This document shows positions 46,498 to 56,618 of a DNA stretch of 64,000 nucleotides, piece by piece. The DNA is taken from the NCBI GenBank assembly GCA_937950125.1, contig CALFEP010000282.1, positions 21,220 through 85,219 on the forward strand, given 5' to 3'. The notes beneath the pieces were generated by a model, which ran no database searches, had not been told where the DNA came from, and worked only from the letters and a program-made list of their open reading frames with translations. The position numbers were made by a program, and so were the translations under genes. Origin of the DNA: an uncultured Bacteroidota bacterium (GTDB taxonomy: Bacteria; Bacteroidota; Bacteroidia; Bacteroidales; 4484-276). Each line of letters begins with the position of its first letter. Within the stretch, counting starts at the first letter, position 1.

Positions 46498-46915
46498 TTT
46501 TTCTGGTTTTTTGTGAGACTGGCAAAAGTAGAAAAATCGCTAAAATACTGTTGTTTTTCATGACATTAATAAAGAGAAATTTTCTCCTTTTTGTAGAAAT
46601 AAAAAACATTGTGCTTTAAGCTTTTAAATTCGTACGATTGGCACAATTCACAAACATTCAGATGATTAAAAAGATCGGCTCAATATGGTACCATGACAAT
46701 GATTGTAAGGTTAATTGCCAGAAATGTAGTGCAAACCAGGTTATTACCTGTATTAAGTTATCTTTGGACAAGACAGGTGCTTAAAATAATTACAGGTATG
46801 AAAAGTTATTATCATCCGGGTTCTTAATGCCATCTTTTTCTGACAAATGTTATCAGGTTGTTAGGTTAAAGGAATTTAAGGCCTTCGGGTGGTTTTACTT
46901 AAAAAGAAAAATCAG

Positions 46916-47437
46916 ATGAACATAACACTGGAGATATTTAAAATTGGCTTGCCGGCCATTTTAGTGGGTGGCGCCTGCATATTTACAATATTCCATTTTC
47001 TGAAAAATGAAAAGGATAAAATGACACAACAAATAAAACTGGAAAGTCTGAAGTCGAGTTTAGCCCTGAAGTTACAGGCTTACGAACGGATTATCCTATT
47101 TTTGGAGAGAATGACGCCGGCAAATGCAGTATTGAGGTTTGACCTTCAAAACATCAATGCATTGCAGTTCGAAAAAGAATTGATTGGAGCAATCAGGCAG
47201 GAATTTGATCACAACATAACCCAACAGATTTATGTCAGCAATGAGGCCTGGAACCTCGTAAAAATGACCAAAGAATCGGTTATTCAGGGAATTATCAAAA
47301 CAGCCGCTGAATGTGAGGCCACTTGTACAGCCACTCAATTCGGACAACGTTTACTCGAATCAGAGGCCGGATACCCTCACCTGGTAGCTGAAACCATTTT
47401 GTTTGTAAAAAAAGAAGTTCAGGGATTGTTTTATTAA
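46916..47437 (+). CDS. Hypothetical membrane-anchored protein
   Basis: One N-terminal TM helix (IGLPAILVGGACIFTIFHF) followed by a helical soluble domain. The track start at 46889 is a GTG. Confidence 0.5.
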   Translation: MNITLEIFKIGLPAILVGGACIFTIFHFLKNEKDKMTQQIKLESLKSSLALKLQAYERIILFLERMTPANAVLRFDLQNINALQFEKELIGAIRQEFDHNITQQIYVSNEAWNLVKMTKESVIQGIIKTAAECEATCTATQFGQRLLESEAGYPHLVAETILFVKKEVQGLFY

Positions 47438-47919
47438 GAAAGCCCCGGATATTTCTTCTCAAATCCCTCGAACCGGGGTAAAATCAATCCTTCAATAGTT
47501 TTCGATACCAGGTTGCTGTTTCCTTTGGCAATTAGTTTTGAATTGCGATTTGTTACCCACATTTCAACATTTACCATTGTGTTGCCCTGTCGCAACACTT
47601 CAGCGGTTACTGTAATGGCCTCGCCTTCGATAGCGCTTTCGAGGTAATCGACATAAAAATTTACAGTTGTGTAAAATTTGTCTTTACCAAGGCTATACAC
47701 TGCAACCCCTAATGTATCATCCATCATGGCTGTAAACATACCTCCCTGAAGTGTTCCAAGCGGGTTGGTCATTTCCTTTCTTACGATGTATTCAACGCTT
47801 GCTTTTCCATACGAAACATCGGTTAGTCGTCCTCTCAACCAAACACTTAGCGGCGATGGCGAATTTTCGAGGATATGACCTTTAATCGACTGAAGATAGT
47901 CTAAAACAGGATTGTTCAT
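47434..47919 (-). CDS. PaaI-family hotdog-fold thioesterase
   Basis: 161 aa with NPLGTLQGGMFTAMMDDTLG, typical of PaaI/YbgC-like thioesterases. Confidence 0.8.
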   Translation of the reverse strand: MNNPVLDYLQSIKGHILENSPSPLSVWLRGRLTDVSYGKASVEYIVRKEMTNPLGTLQGGMFTAMMDDTLGVAVYSLGKDKFYTTVNFYVDYLESAIEGEAITVTAEVLRQGNTMVNVEMWVTNRNSKLIAKGNSNLVSKTIEGLILPRFEGFEKKYPGLS

Positions 47920-47943
47920 GAAGTATAAAAATCGGGTTGGGGG

Positions 47944-49743
47944 TTATTTTGTTGTTCCGTTGCCGTTTTTAGGGTAGCGGTAAATTTCGCGGAGGATGGC
48001 ATCATATTTTTCATACAGCAAAGCGCGCCTGAGTTTAAGCGTAGGTGACAGTTCTCCGGTAAGGGGCGACCATTCTTCGCAAACCATTCTGAAACGCTTT
48101 ATTTTTTCATGTTCACCCAGGCTTTTGTTTATTTTATCCACCTCTTTCTGCATTCGTGAAATTATTTCAGGTTGTTTTACCAAGTCGCAGTTGTCGCGGT
48201 AATGGATTTTGTGCTTGGAGGCCCAAAAATGCAGATGGTTGAAGTTGGGGGCGATGATGGCGCTTGCAAATTTTTCATTTTCACCAACAACCATAATTTG
48301 TTCGATAAAATTTGATTCCTTGAACTTATTTTCTATTAACTGAGGCGCAATGTATTTTCCGGCTGACAGTTTGAAAATTTCTTTTTTGCGGTCGGTAATT
48401 TTCAGGAATTTACCATCTTCCATAACACCGATGTCGCCCGTATGAAACCATCCTTCGCTATCGATCACCTGGCTTGTGTAATCAGGGTCTTTGTAATAAC
48501 CAAGCATGAGGTTGGGGCCTTTTGACAAAATTTCGCCGTCTTCGGCAATTTTTACAGTCACACCTTCGAGTACCGGACCAACTGTACCAAACCTTACATT
48601 GGGGTAAACTGCGTGATTTACAGCCAGTACTGGTGCTGTTTCGGTTAAACCATAGCCTTCCATAACCCGCATCTGGGCTGCCCAAAAAAGCCTGGCGAGC
48701 CTGGGCTGCAGCGCCGAGCCGCCTGAAACAATAATTTTTACCTGTCCGCCAAAAGCCTCACGCCATTTCGAGAAAACCAGTTTGTCGGCCAGTTTTCGCT
48801 GAAACTCGTACCAGGCACCATTGGCGCCATTCAGTTCGTACCTGAGCCCAAGGTTGAGAGCCCAGTAAAAAATCTGCTTTTTCAACCCCGGAAGATCCTT
48901 GCCTTTGGCAACAATTTTATCGTACACTTTCTCTAAAAGCCTTGGCACTGTGTTAAACCCGTCAGCTTTTATTTCCTTGAGGTTATCTGCTATGGTGCCC
49001 AGATTTTCAGCGTAATAAATGCTGATGCCTTTGTACTGAAAATGATAATTCATCATTCGCTCATAAATGTGGCACAAAGGCAGGAAACTTAATACTTTAT
49101 GGGTGTGATCGAGGGGTTGTATTTTGGAGGTAGCAACAAAATTGGTCACTATGTTTCTGTGAGAAAGCATTACCCCTTTCGATGATCCGGTAGTTCCGGA
49201 TGTGTAGATGAGTGTAGCAATGTCATCAGGTTTAATATTTTCCCTGATTTCGTCTAATTTTTCTCTCCATTTATTTTCTTCAGCCTTGCCCGTTTCAACA
49301 ATTTCCATCCAGTTTTTCACACCATCAATTTCATTGAAACTGTAAACAAACTCTATGGATGGAATTGTTACAACCAGGTCTTTTAATTTGGCATACAACG
49401 TTTTATCAGAAATAATAACTCCTTTCACATCCGAATGTCCTAAGATGTGTTTGTATTCGTCAACGCTGATTGTCGGGTAAATAGGCACATGCACAATTCC
49501 AGCCTGCATCATCCCCATATCAACAAAATTCCATTCGGGACGGTTGTTGGTTACTGTGGCAATTTTTTCACCTTTACTGAAACCCATGGCAAGCAGGCCA
49601 TAGCTAAAGTAGTTTGAGTAGTTTACATAGTCACGGGTACTGTACCTGATCCATTCTCCGTTCTTCTTTGCTGCCAGAACATCATCTTTCATGTAAGATT
49701 CCTGGTAGCGGTTCAATAAGTCGAAAATTCTGGTTACTTCCAT
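47944..49743 (-). CDS. Long-chain fatty-acid--CoA ligase (AMP-forming)
   Basis: 599 aa with AMP-binding motifs YTSGTTGSSKGVMLSHRN, GYGLTE and TGDIG...DRKKE. Confidence 0.9.
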   Translation of the reverse strand: MEVTRIFDLLNRYQESYMKDDVLAAKKNGEWIRYSTRDYVNYSNYFSYGLLAMGFSKGEKIATVTNNRPEWNFVDMGMMQAGIVHVPIYPTISVDEYKHILGHSDVKGVIISDKTLYAKLKDLVVTIPSIEFVYSFNEIDGVKNWMEIVETGKAEENKWREKLDEIRENIKPDDIATLIYTSGTTGSSKGVMLSHRNIVTNFVATSKIQPLDHTHKVLSFLPLCHIYERMMNYHFQYKGISIYYAENLGTIADNLKEIKADGFNTVPRLLEKVYDKIVAKGKDLPGLKKQIFYWALNLGLRYELNGANGAWYEFQRKLADKLVFSKWREAFGGQVKIIVSGGSALQPRLARLFWAAQMRVMEGYGLTETAPVLAVNHAVYPNVRFGTVGPVLEGVTVKIAEDGEILSKGPNLMLGYYKDPDYTSQVIDSEGWFHTGDIGVMEDGKFLKITDRKKEIFKLSAGKYIAPQLIENKFKESNFIEQIMVVGENEKFASAIIAPNFNHLHFWASKHKIHYRDNCDLVKQPEIISRMQKEVDKINKSLGEHEKIKRFRMVCEEWSPLTGELSPTLKLRRALLYEKYDAILREIYRYPKNGNGTTK

Positions 49744-50020
49744 GGTAAAACTTTTTTAAAACGGCCAAAAGTAAAAGATTTTAATTTTGGTGCTGAAAAC
49801 TAAAATGTTAGAAAAGTTTAAATTTGACGCCAGGCAACCTTTATTCAATGTACAGACTGATATTCAAGTGAAAAGTAATATTTTGGGGATTGACTTTTCA
49901 TATTTTTTTCATTTATTTATCCGACATTTTTTTTTGACATTCTTACTTAAAATTTTGACATTTAGAGGTACATTTTCTGCATTATTTCGGATTTTTAAAT
50001 TCTCATCATTTTTTTATCTG

Positions 50021-51484
50021 ATGTTGATGTATTGGATGTTCCTGCCATTTCAGGCAATGGCACAATTGAAAACAGGAATTTCGATCAGCAACTATGCAGG
50101 CATCAATTCGGTCTCTTTGAATCCGTCATCAACCTCCAATTCAAAATTGTTTGCCGATGTAAATTTATTTTCGGGAGGTGTTTTTTTTGACAACAATTTT
50201 CTGTTCATCCATAAAGAGGATTATAAATTGTTAAATTTTCTAAAAAAGAAACCATCACTTCCATCCGCAGAAATCAAGGGAGAGGGTTTGGATTACAGTA
50301 CCGAATGGAAGTCTGTTGACGGATTTGTACAAGCAGATGTTTTCGGACCTGGATTTTCGATGTCGATGGGCAAACATACTTTTGGTATTTTTTCAAAAGT
50401 ATCCACCATAACATCCATTGATGATTTGCCTTATGAGACAGCAGTTTTGGCCTTTGAAGGGATTGATTATGACACCCTGCTGGGAACCAATGTTGTTCAT
50501 AGTGAATTTGCAACTGCTGCTGTTTCATGGTGGGAAGTTGGCGGACACTACTCACAAATTCTTAGCGAAAAGGGTCGGAATGTGATTTCGTTTGGAGCCA
50601 ACATCCGAAAATTATATGCCTGGGCTGGCGGCTATGCTCAGGGCAACAACATCAATTACACGCTTGATTCCGATTCGCTGCAGTCGGAGTTAATATACAA
50701 CCTTGATATCGAAAGCCTTGATGCCGCAGCAGCTTTTTCGGCGCCCTTGAATTACGACAGCATCTATTATCCTACGGGAGTCAACGATTTTAAAGGTAGC
50801 GGATGGGCAGGCGATATCGGAATTACTTTCAGAAAAAACCGATTTGTCTCCGATAATTTCCGATACCGGCGGCCATGTGAAAAACCTTATGACGATTACC
50901 TCTATAAAATTGGTCTTTCAATCATGGATATTGGTAATGTAATTTTTAAAAAAAATATTCAACTCCATGAATATGAGAATATTAATACAGAATGGCTCGA
51001 CATAGAAAGCCTCGAATATGAAAATCTCAATCAGGTAATCAGCCAGATAAGTTACGAGCTGACAGGCGATTCGGCTTCAACCCGCAGCAGTGGATCTTTT
51101 GCCATTGGGCTTCCTGCAGCGTTAGGCTTTCAAAGCGATATTCAGTATTTTCCGAAATGGTATTTGTCTGCACTTGCAGTAATTCCTCTCCGATTAAACG
51201 ATATTCAGATTAAAAGACCTTCACAGGCATTGATTTCGTTGCGGTACGAAACACCCACATTGGAATTTGGGATTCCTGTTTCGCTTTACAATTTTCAGGC
51301 TCCACGCATCGGACTTTATGCCCGGTTCAACTATTTTACCATAGGAACTGATAAACTTGGTGGTTTTTTCGGGCTGAACGATTTTTACGGCCTCGACTTT
51401 TATTTTGCCATAAAATACCATATTCTGAAAGGAGTGTGTGGCTTGAAAAAACCTGCCGGAAACTGTAATCATTTGTCTTTCTGA
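50021..51484 (+). CDS. Putative outer-membrane beta-barrel protein (possibly DUF5723/TraF-like)
   Basis: Short signal peptide MLMYWMFLPFQAMAQ, then beta-rich sequence. The 234 nt upstream included in the track ORF are extremely AT-rich, with two TTGACA copies, and look non-coding. Confidence 0.5.
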   Translation: MLMYWMFLPFQAMAQLKTGISISNYAGINSVSLNPSSTSNSKLFADVNLFSGGVFFDNNFLFIHKEDYKLLNFLKKKPSLPSAEIKGEGLDYSTEWKSVDGFVQADVFGPGFSMSMGKHTFGIFSKVSTITSIDDLPYETAVLAFEGIDYDTLLGTNVVHSEFATAAVSWWEVGGHYSQILSEKGRNVISFGANIRKLYAWAGGYAQGNNINYTLDSDSLQSELIYNLDIESLDAAAAFSAPLNYDSIYYPTGVNDFKGSGWAGDIGITFRKNRFVSDNFRYRRPCEKPYDDYLYKIGLSIMDIGNVIFKKNIQLHEYENINTEWLDIESLEYENLNQVISQISYELTGDSASTRSSGSFAIGLPAALGFQSDIQYFPKWYLSALAVIPLRLNDIQIKRPSQALISLRYETPTLEFGIPVSLYNFQAPRIGLYARFNYFTIGTDKLGGFFGLNDFYGLDFYFAIKYHILKGVCGLKKPAGNCNHLSF

Positions 51485-51553
51485 TCCTTTTTTTTCAGAA
51501 AAAAAACTACACAGGAATTTTACGGTGGATGTTCACATCATTTGAAAAATATT

Positions 51554-51561
51554 TATTTTTG
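51554..51561 (+). promoter_or_regulatory. -7 promoter box TATTTTTG for tRNA-His
   Basis: Exact TAnnTTTG match, 37 nt upstream of the tRNA 5' end. Confidence 0.45.
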
Positions 51562-51597
51562 CGACCTGATTTGGTAAAACTCCGAATCAGGTAATAT

Positions 51598-51675
51598 GGT
51601 GCATGTAGCTCAGTCGGTCAGAGCATCGGATTGTGGTTCCGAGGGTCGTGGGTTCGAGCCCCATCTTGCACCCCA
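51598..51675 (+). tRNA. tRNA-His (anticodon GTG)
   Basis: Hand-folded cloverleaf. D-stem is GCTC/GAGC, anticodon stem TCGGA/TCCGA with loop TTGTGGT, and T-arm GTGGG-TTCGAGC-CCCAT. The extra G(-1) at 51598 pairs with discriminator C, which is the His identity mark. CCA is encoded. Confidence 0.93.
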
Positions 51676-51680
51676 AAAAA

Positions 51681-51710
51681 AAGGCTGTCAAATGACAGCC
51701 TTTTTTTTAT
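51681..51710. terminator. Bidirectional intrinsic terminator
   Basis: AAGGCTGTCA / TGACAGCCTT stem flanked by A8 upstream and T8 downstream. It serves the tRNA and the convergent 51752 gene. Confidence 0.85.
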
Positions 51711-51751
51711 TTTTCTTTTCAAAAAAACAGATTTCCAAAAACAGCTAACTG

Positions 51752-53062
51752 TCATTCAGGATGTGCCAAAACCTTTTGAACCAGCACAAGCCTGTCGTAT
51801 CGTGAACCCCTTGCCCTGAAATAAACATAAAAGGTGTATTCGTTGTTGGTTTCAAAAAAATTTCCTTCTACCAATCCTGTCTGACCAACTTTTGAATCGT
51901 TGGGCAACATAAGGTACTGATAATTGTAAAATCCTTGTTTTAAGAAAAATTCGGCTTTGTAGGCAGCTTCGTTGTAATCGTAATAAAGCTCAGCTTCCTT
52001 TAAAAACTGCCAGTCAGTAAATTTGCCCATCAGGTAAAGGTTTCCCTGTATCAGTGGCATATCATAAGGCAGTGTAAAATGAACGGTTGCATACTCAGCT
52101 TCGGTTTCACTGTAATTCATGTCTTCAGTCTTTACAAAAAAGTTACCATTGATACTTTCCTGAATGTAGTGATAAACATTTTTGTTTCTGACAACATCGG
52201 GGTGCAGGTAAACCTGATAACCTTTCTGCGGGTCGAATTCAACACTTTGAACTCTGAAAGTATTGTAGCGCAGGCTTTTCATATCAAAATACCTATAGTC
52301 GTTGCCACCATCAAAAACACACTTTCCAACATCATCATACTTTAATTCTGTTCCAACAATCATGTTTGGTTTCAGGTCAGTCACAGCATTGTCCCAGCGT
52401 CCATTCTGCTGAACAGTAAGAAAGATTTCGCGGTAAGGGTCAACTACCTGTATTCCCTGTGGGATAACCGAAAAAACAAGTTCCTGTTTGAAATTACGTT
52501 CACTGACATTCGTCGACATTTTAACCCGTACAGGCAGGTTAACTTTTGGTTCATGAACAAAAAACCTGTGCGTTAGCACCACATCATCGGGGTTGCCTTC
52601 GGTGTAAACCTTCAGAAGATAGTTACCCGATAAGCGATACCGGATCACATCGTTTGGTATTATTTCCTGATAGTGCGTGTACTTTTGAATGGTGTTGACT
52701 GAATAACTGTAATCGTCGATGTAATCGTCGGCAAACGATTCGAGGTACTCGTTTGGAACCAAATCCGATTCCATCCAGTCGGCATTGCAATGAACGATGG
52801 TGTACTCATATTTTTTGTAATCACCGTCCAGATCGTCAAACGAAAACACAAGCCGTTCATCGGTATTGAGCAATACGACGGGGTCGGACATTTCAAAACC
52901 TTCCTTGTGCATCAATACAGTTTTGATATTCTTTTTGTAAACAAAGTTTGCGTTTCTCAGATAATTTTCCTCATAGTAATCATCCTGTGCGGGGGCTTTT
53001 CTAACATTTACAGCCAATAGAAAAACCACTGTTAGCAATAAAACAAAATAGGTCAGTTTCAT
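51752..53062 (-). CDS. DUF5103 / T9SS plug-protein-like secreted protein
   Basis: Signal anchor MKLTYFVLLLTVVFLLAV. The block ...LVFSFDDLDGDYKKYEYTIVHCNADWMESDLVPNEYLESFADDYIDDYSYSVNTIQKYTHY... matches what I recall for the DUF5103 first domain. The track start at 53209 adds 49 unlikely residues. Confidence 0.65.
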   Translation of the reverse strand: MKLTYFVLLLTVVFLLAVNVRKAPAQDDYYEENYLRNANFVYKKNIKTVLMHKEGFEMSDPVVLLNTDERLVFSFDDLDGDYKKYEYTIVHCNADWMESDLVPNEYLESFADDYIDDYSYSVNTIQKYTHYQEIIPNDVIRYRLSGNYLLKVYTEGNPDDVVLTHRFFVHEPKVNLPVRVKMSTNVSERNFKQELVFSVIPQGIQVVDPYREIFLTVQQNGRWDNAVTDLKPNMIVGTELKYDDVGKCVFDGGNDYRYFDMKSLRYNTFRVQSVEFDPQKGYQVYLHPDVVRNKNVYHYIQESINGNFFVKTEDMNYSETEAEYATVHFTLPYDMPLIQGNLYLMGKFTDWQFLKEAELYYDYNEAAYKAEFFLKQGFYNYQYLMLPNDSKVGQTGLVEGNFFETNNEYTFYVYFRARGSRYDRLVLVQKVLAHPE

Positions 53063-53358
53063 TTGATTGGAGTTGTTATCCGGTGTTATAATTTTTTCAA
53101 AAATAACGCTTTTTCGAAACTTCAACATTCTGCCTTTGGTTTCCTGAGAAAGAATTTGATAAAAACCCATCCCGCGAACACAGGGAAGTTCACGATACAA
53201 AAAAGGCAATAAAATAGTTTGATATTAACATTTTTAAGGTTAAATAATAACAAATCAACGTCCTGAATAAAATTTAATTTCTATTATTGCAAACGCTTTT
53301 CAAGCGTTTTTCAATCATCTTTTGCTATCGGAATAACAGCATTTATTAACCAATTGAT

Positions 53359-54711
53359 ATGTCAAAAACAATAACAATTAGAAAAGGACTTGACATTAAC
53401 CTTGTTGGGGAGGCTGCTAAAAACATTACGGAAATTGATGCCGGAATGTTTGCCATTAAGCCCACCGACTTTCACGGGGTTTTTCCCAAACTTCTGGTAA
53501 GTGAGGGAGACACTGTGAAAGCCGGCACACCACTTTTTTATGACAAGTACCGCGAAAACATCAAGTTCACTTCACCGGTAAGTGGCACTGTTGTTGAGTT
53601 GAGACGTGGAGCAAAACGTGTTCTGCTGGAAATAAAAATTCAGGCCGGTTCAACCAACGATTTTATTGATTTTGGGAAAACCGATCCTGACAAACTTACC
53701 CGCGCCCAAATTACTGAAAAATTACTGGACAGCGGTATATGGCCAATGATAAGGCAAAGGCCATACAACGTCATTGCCAATCCCGACGACCTGCCAAAAG
53801 CCATTTTCATTCCAGGCTTCGATTCAGCGCCTCTCGCGCCCGACTACAACCTTGTGGTGGAAGGAAAGAGCCAAATATTTCAGGCCGGAATTAACGCATT
53901 AAGAAAGCTCACCGACGGAAAAGTTCATTTAAACCTAAGGGATGCAAAAAATGCTTCCACAGTTTTCAGAGATTGTAGAAATGTCGAGATTACCTATTTT
54001 GAAGGGCCGCATCCTGCAGGAAATGTGGGTGTTCAGATCAACAAAATAAATCCAATCAACAAAGGTGACATTGTGTGGCATGTTCGCCCTTCGGAGGTTC
54101 TGACCATCGGTAAACTTTTTACAGAAGGCAGGTTTGATGCTGAACGAATAATAGCCCTGACCGGTTCGGAAGTATTGAAGCCACAGTACATTAAAACAAA
54201 AATTGGTGCAAGTGCCCGTAACCTCACCCAAAACAACCTCTCTGCCGGCAAATTAAGATTCATCAGCGGAAATCCGCTATCAGGATCAAAAATAGACCGT
54301 GAGGGTTATCTTGGGTTTTACGATTCACAACTAACCATTCTTCCCGAAGGGGATTATCACGAGTTTTTTGGCTGGGCGTTGCCGGGACTGGGAAAATTCA
54401 GTTTTTCCAGGACTTTCTTTTCGTGGCTGGGATCAAAGAAGAAAAAATACAGGCTCGACACCAATTTACACGGTGGGCACAGAGCATTTGTGATGACCGG
54501 ACAATACGAACAGGTGTTTCCCTACGACATTTACCCCATGCAGCTTCTCAAGGCAATTTTAGCAAAAAACATTGACCAGATGGAAAATCTGGGTATTTAC
54601 GAAGTTGATGAAGAGGATTTTGCATTGTGCGAATTTATCGATACATCCAAAACCGAGATGCAGGATATTGTGCGCGAAGGATTGGATTTTCTGAGAAAAG
54701 AAATGAATTAA
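53359..54711 (+). CDS. nqrA: Na+-translocating NADH:quinone oxidoreductase subunit A
   Basis: 450 aa with typical N-terminus MSKTITIRKGLDINLVGEA, first gene of the nqrA-F order. Confidence 0.93.
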   Translation: MSKTITIRKGLDINLVGEAAKNITEIDAGMFAIKPTDFHGVFPKLLVSEGDTVKAGTPLFYDKYRENIKFTSPVSGTVVELRRGAKRVLLEIKIQAGSTNDFIDFGKTDPDKLTRAQITEKLLDSGIWPMIRQRPYNVIANPDDLPKAIFIPGFDSAPLAPDYNLVVEGKSQIFQAGINALRKLTDGKVHLNLRDAKNASTVFRDCRNVEITYFEGPHPAGNVGVQINKINPINKGDIVWHVRPSEVLTIGKLFTEGRFDAERIIALTGSEVLKPQYIKTKIGASARNLTQNNLSAGKLRFISGNPLSGSKIDREGYLGFYDSQLTILPEGDYHEFFGWALPGLGKFSFSRTFFSWLGSKKKKYRLDTNLHGGHRAFVMTGQYEQVFPYDIYPMQLLKAILAKNIDQMENLGIYEVDEEDFALCEFIDTSKTEMQDIVREGLDFLRKEMN

Positions 54712-54734
54712 CAAACATTCTGAATGGATTATAA

Positions 54735-55901
54735 ATGAAAACATTAAGACAATTTCTTGATAAGAATAAACCGAAATTTGAAAAAGGTGGAAAATTCGAA
54801 AAATTTGGATCCACCTTCGATGCTTTCGAAACATTTTTGTTTGTTCCCAACAAGGTTACCTTTAAAGGAAGTCATATCCGCGACTCCATTGATATGAAGC
54901 GTACGATGAGTGTGGTAATCATTGCGCTTATTCCGGCATTGCTTTTTGGTATGTGGAATGTTGGCTATCAGTATCACATGTCGGTTGGCGAACAATCCAC
55001 TTTGTTTGGTAATTTTTGGTTTGGGTTATTAAAAACCCTCCCATTAATTGTGGTATCCTATGTTTCAGGGTTAGCTGTTGAATTTATTTTTGCCCAATAC
55101 CGCGGACATGAGGTGAACGAAGGTTTTCTGGTCAGCGGCATCCTTATTCCAATGATCGTGCCTGTTACGACTCCCTTATGGATGGTAGCTGTGGCTACGA
55201 TATTTGCAGTAGTTATTGGTAAAGAAGCCTTTGGCGGAACGGGCATGAACATTTTTAACCCAGCCCTCCTGACCCGCGCATTTCTGTTTTTTGCCTACCC
55301 GGCGCAAATGAGTGGCGACAAGGTGTGGGTTTACGGTTTGAATGAGGGAAATAAAGTGGTGGATGGTTTCTCAGGAGCGACTCCATTAGGAAACGCAGGA
55401 ATTGAAATGTTCGACAAAATTCCCCCCATGATGGATATGTTTATCGGGACGATTCCCGGCTCTATTGGCGAAACTTCAAAAATTGCCATATTGATTGGAG
55501 CAGCCATTCTCCTCTTTACCGGAATTGGAAGTTGGCGCATTATGTTGGCTACTGTGTTGGGCGCTGTTGGAATAACTTTGCTTTTCAACGCTGTGGCTGC
55601 CAACGAATACATGAAAATCGACCCACTCACTCATCTGATGATGGGTGGTTTCCTTTTCGGAGCGGTATTTATGGCTACTGACCCGGTTACCGCTGCACAG
55701 ACCAACCGAGGCAAATGGATTTACGGAATTTTGATTGGAATCATGGCCATCCTGATAAGGGTTTTAAATCCTGCCTATCCCGAAGGTATGATGCTAGCCA
55801 TCCTGCTTATGAACACCTTTGCCCCGTTGATTGATCATTACGTTATTCAGGCCAATATTTCCAAAAGGCTTAAACGAACGAAACTAGTTGTTAACAAATA
55901 A
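54735..55901 (+). CDS. nqrB: Na+-NQR subunit B
   Basis: Polytopic membrane protein with the FMN-attachment context DGFSGATPLG. Confidence 0.93.
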   Translation: MKTLRQFLDKNKPKFEKGGKFEKFGSTFDAFETFLFVPNKVTFKGSHIRDSIDMKRTMSVVIIALIPALLFGMWNVGYQYHMSVGEQSTLFGNFWFGLLKTLPLIVVSYVSGLAVEFIFAQYRGHEVNEGFLVSGILIPMIVPVTTPLWMVAVATIFAVVIGKEAFGGTGMNIFNPALLTRAFLFFAYPAQMSGDKVWVYGLNEGNKVVDGFSGATPLGNAGIEMFDKIPPMMDMFIGTIPGSIGETSKIAILIGAAILLFTGIGSWRIMLATVLGAVGITLLFNAVAANEYMKIDPLTHLMMGGFLFGAVFMATDPVTAAQTNRGKWIYGILIGIMAILIRVLNPAYPEGMMLAILLMNTFAPLIDHYVIQANISKRLKRTKLVVNK

Positions 55902-55913
55902 AATCATGTAAAG

Positions 55914-56618
55914 ATGCAGCACAGCAATAAGTACATTATTATTTATTCAACCATTATGGTGGTACTGGTGGCCGTATCGCTGACTTTTATTGCCATGGGT
56001 TTGAAATCGAAACAGGAGGACAACATCCGCATCGAAAAAATGCAGAATATTCTGGCCTCTGTTCATGTTGACGCTACAGTGACGAATGCAATCGAACTTT
56101 ACCAAAAATACATCACCCACACTTTGACCATTAATAATAAAGGTGAAGAATTGCAAGGTGTTGATGCCTTTTCGGTAGAACTGGCAGTGGAATTGAAAAA
56201 ACCAGCGGAGCAACAGCAGCTTCCTGTTTTTATTGCAACACTCGAAGATGGTTTGAACTATACCATTGTACCCGTAAGGGGCAAAGGTCTTTGGGGCCCG
56301 ATTTGGGGATACATAGCACTAAAGGATGATTACAACACCATCTACGGCGCTGTTTACGACCATAAAGGCGAAACACCGGGTCTTGGAGCCGAAATTAACA
56401 CCGACCTTTTTGAAAAACAATTTGTCAACAAACAGCTTTTTAAATCCGATGGCAATTTTGTTTCCGTTGGTGTTATTAAAGGTGGCGTTAGCGACAGCGA
56501 CCTGCATAACGTGGATGCCATTTCAGGAGGCACCATTACCAGTAAAGGCCTTGAAGCCATGCTTAAAGACTGTTTGATTAATTATCAGGAATATTTTAAA
56601 AATAAAGGCAAGATATGA
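55914..56618 (+). CDS. nqrC: Na+-NQR subunit C
   Basis: Single N-terminal TM helix and flavinylation-type motif [10 protein letters not shown]. Confidence 0.9.
   Translation: MQHSNKYIIIYSTIMVVLVAVSLTFIAMGLKSKQEDNIRIEKMQNILASVHVDATVTNAIELYQKYITHTLTINNKGEELQGVDAFSVELAVELKKPAEQQQLPVFIATLEDGLNYTIVPVRGKGLWGPIWGYIALKDDYNTIYGAVYDHKGETPGLGAEINTDLFEKQFVNKQLFKSDGNFVSVGVIKGGVSDSDLHNVDAISGGTITSKGLEAMLKDCLINYQEYFKNKGKI

Noticed and set aside
49787-50020. N-terminal extensions given by the ORF track (also 26858-27010, 53063-53209, 13161-13196, 13261-13296, 18356-18394 and 17337-17378)
   Set aside because: The track uses TTG/GTG starts and the longest frame. The extensions run through AT-rich promoter-like DNA, promoter boxes, a riboswitch or an attenuator, and a good signal peptide begins at a downstream ATG.
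51598-53209. tRNA-His as the anchor of an integrated island
   Set aside because: There is no integrase, no direct repeat of the tRNA 3' end that I could spot, and the flanking genes are ordinary core genes.
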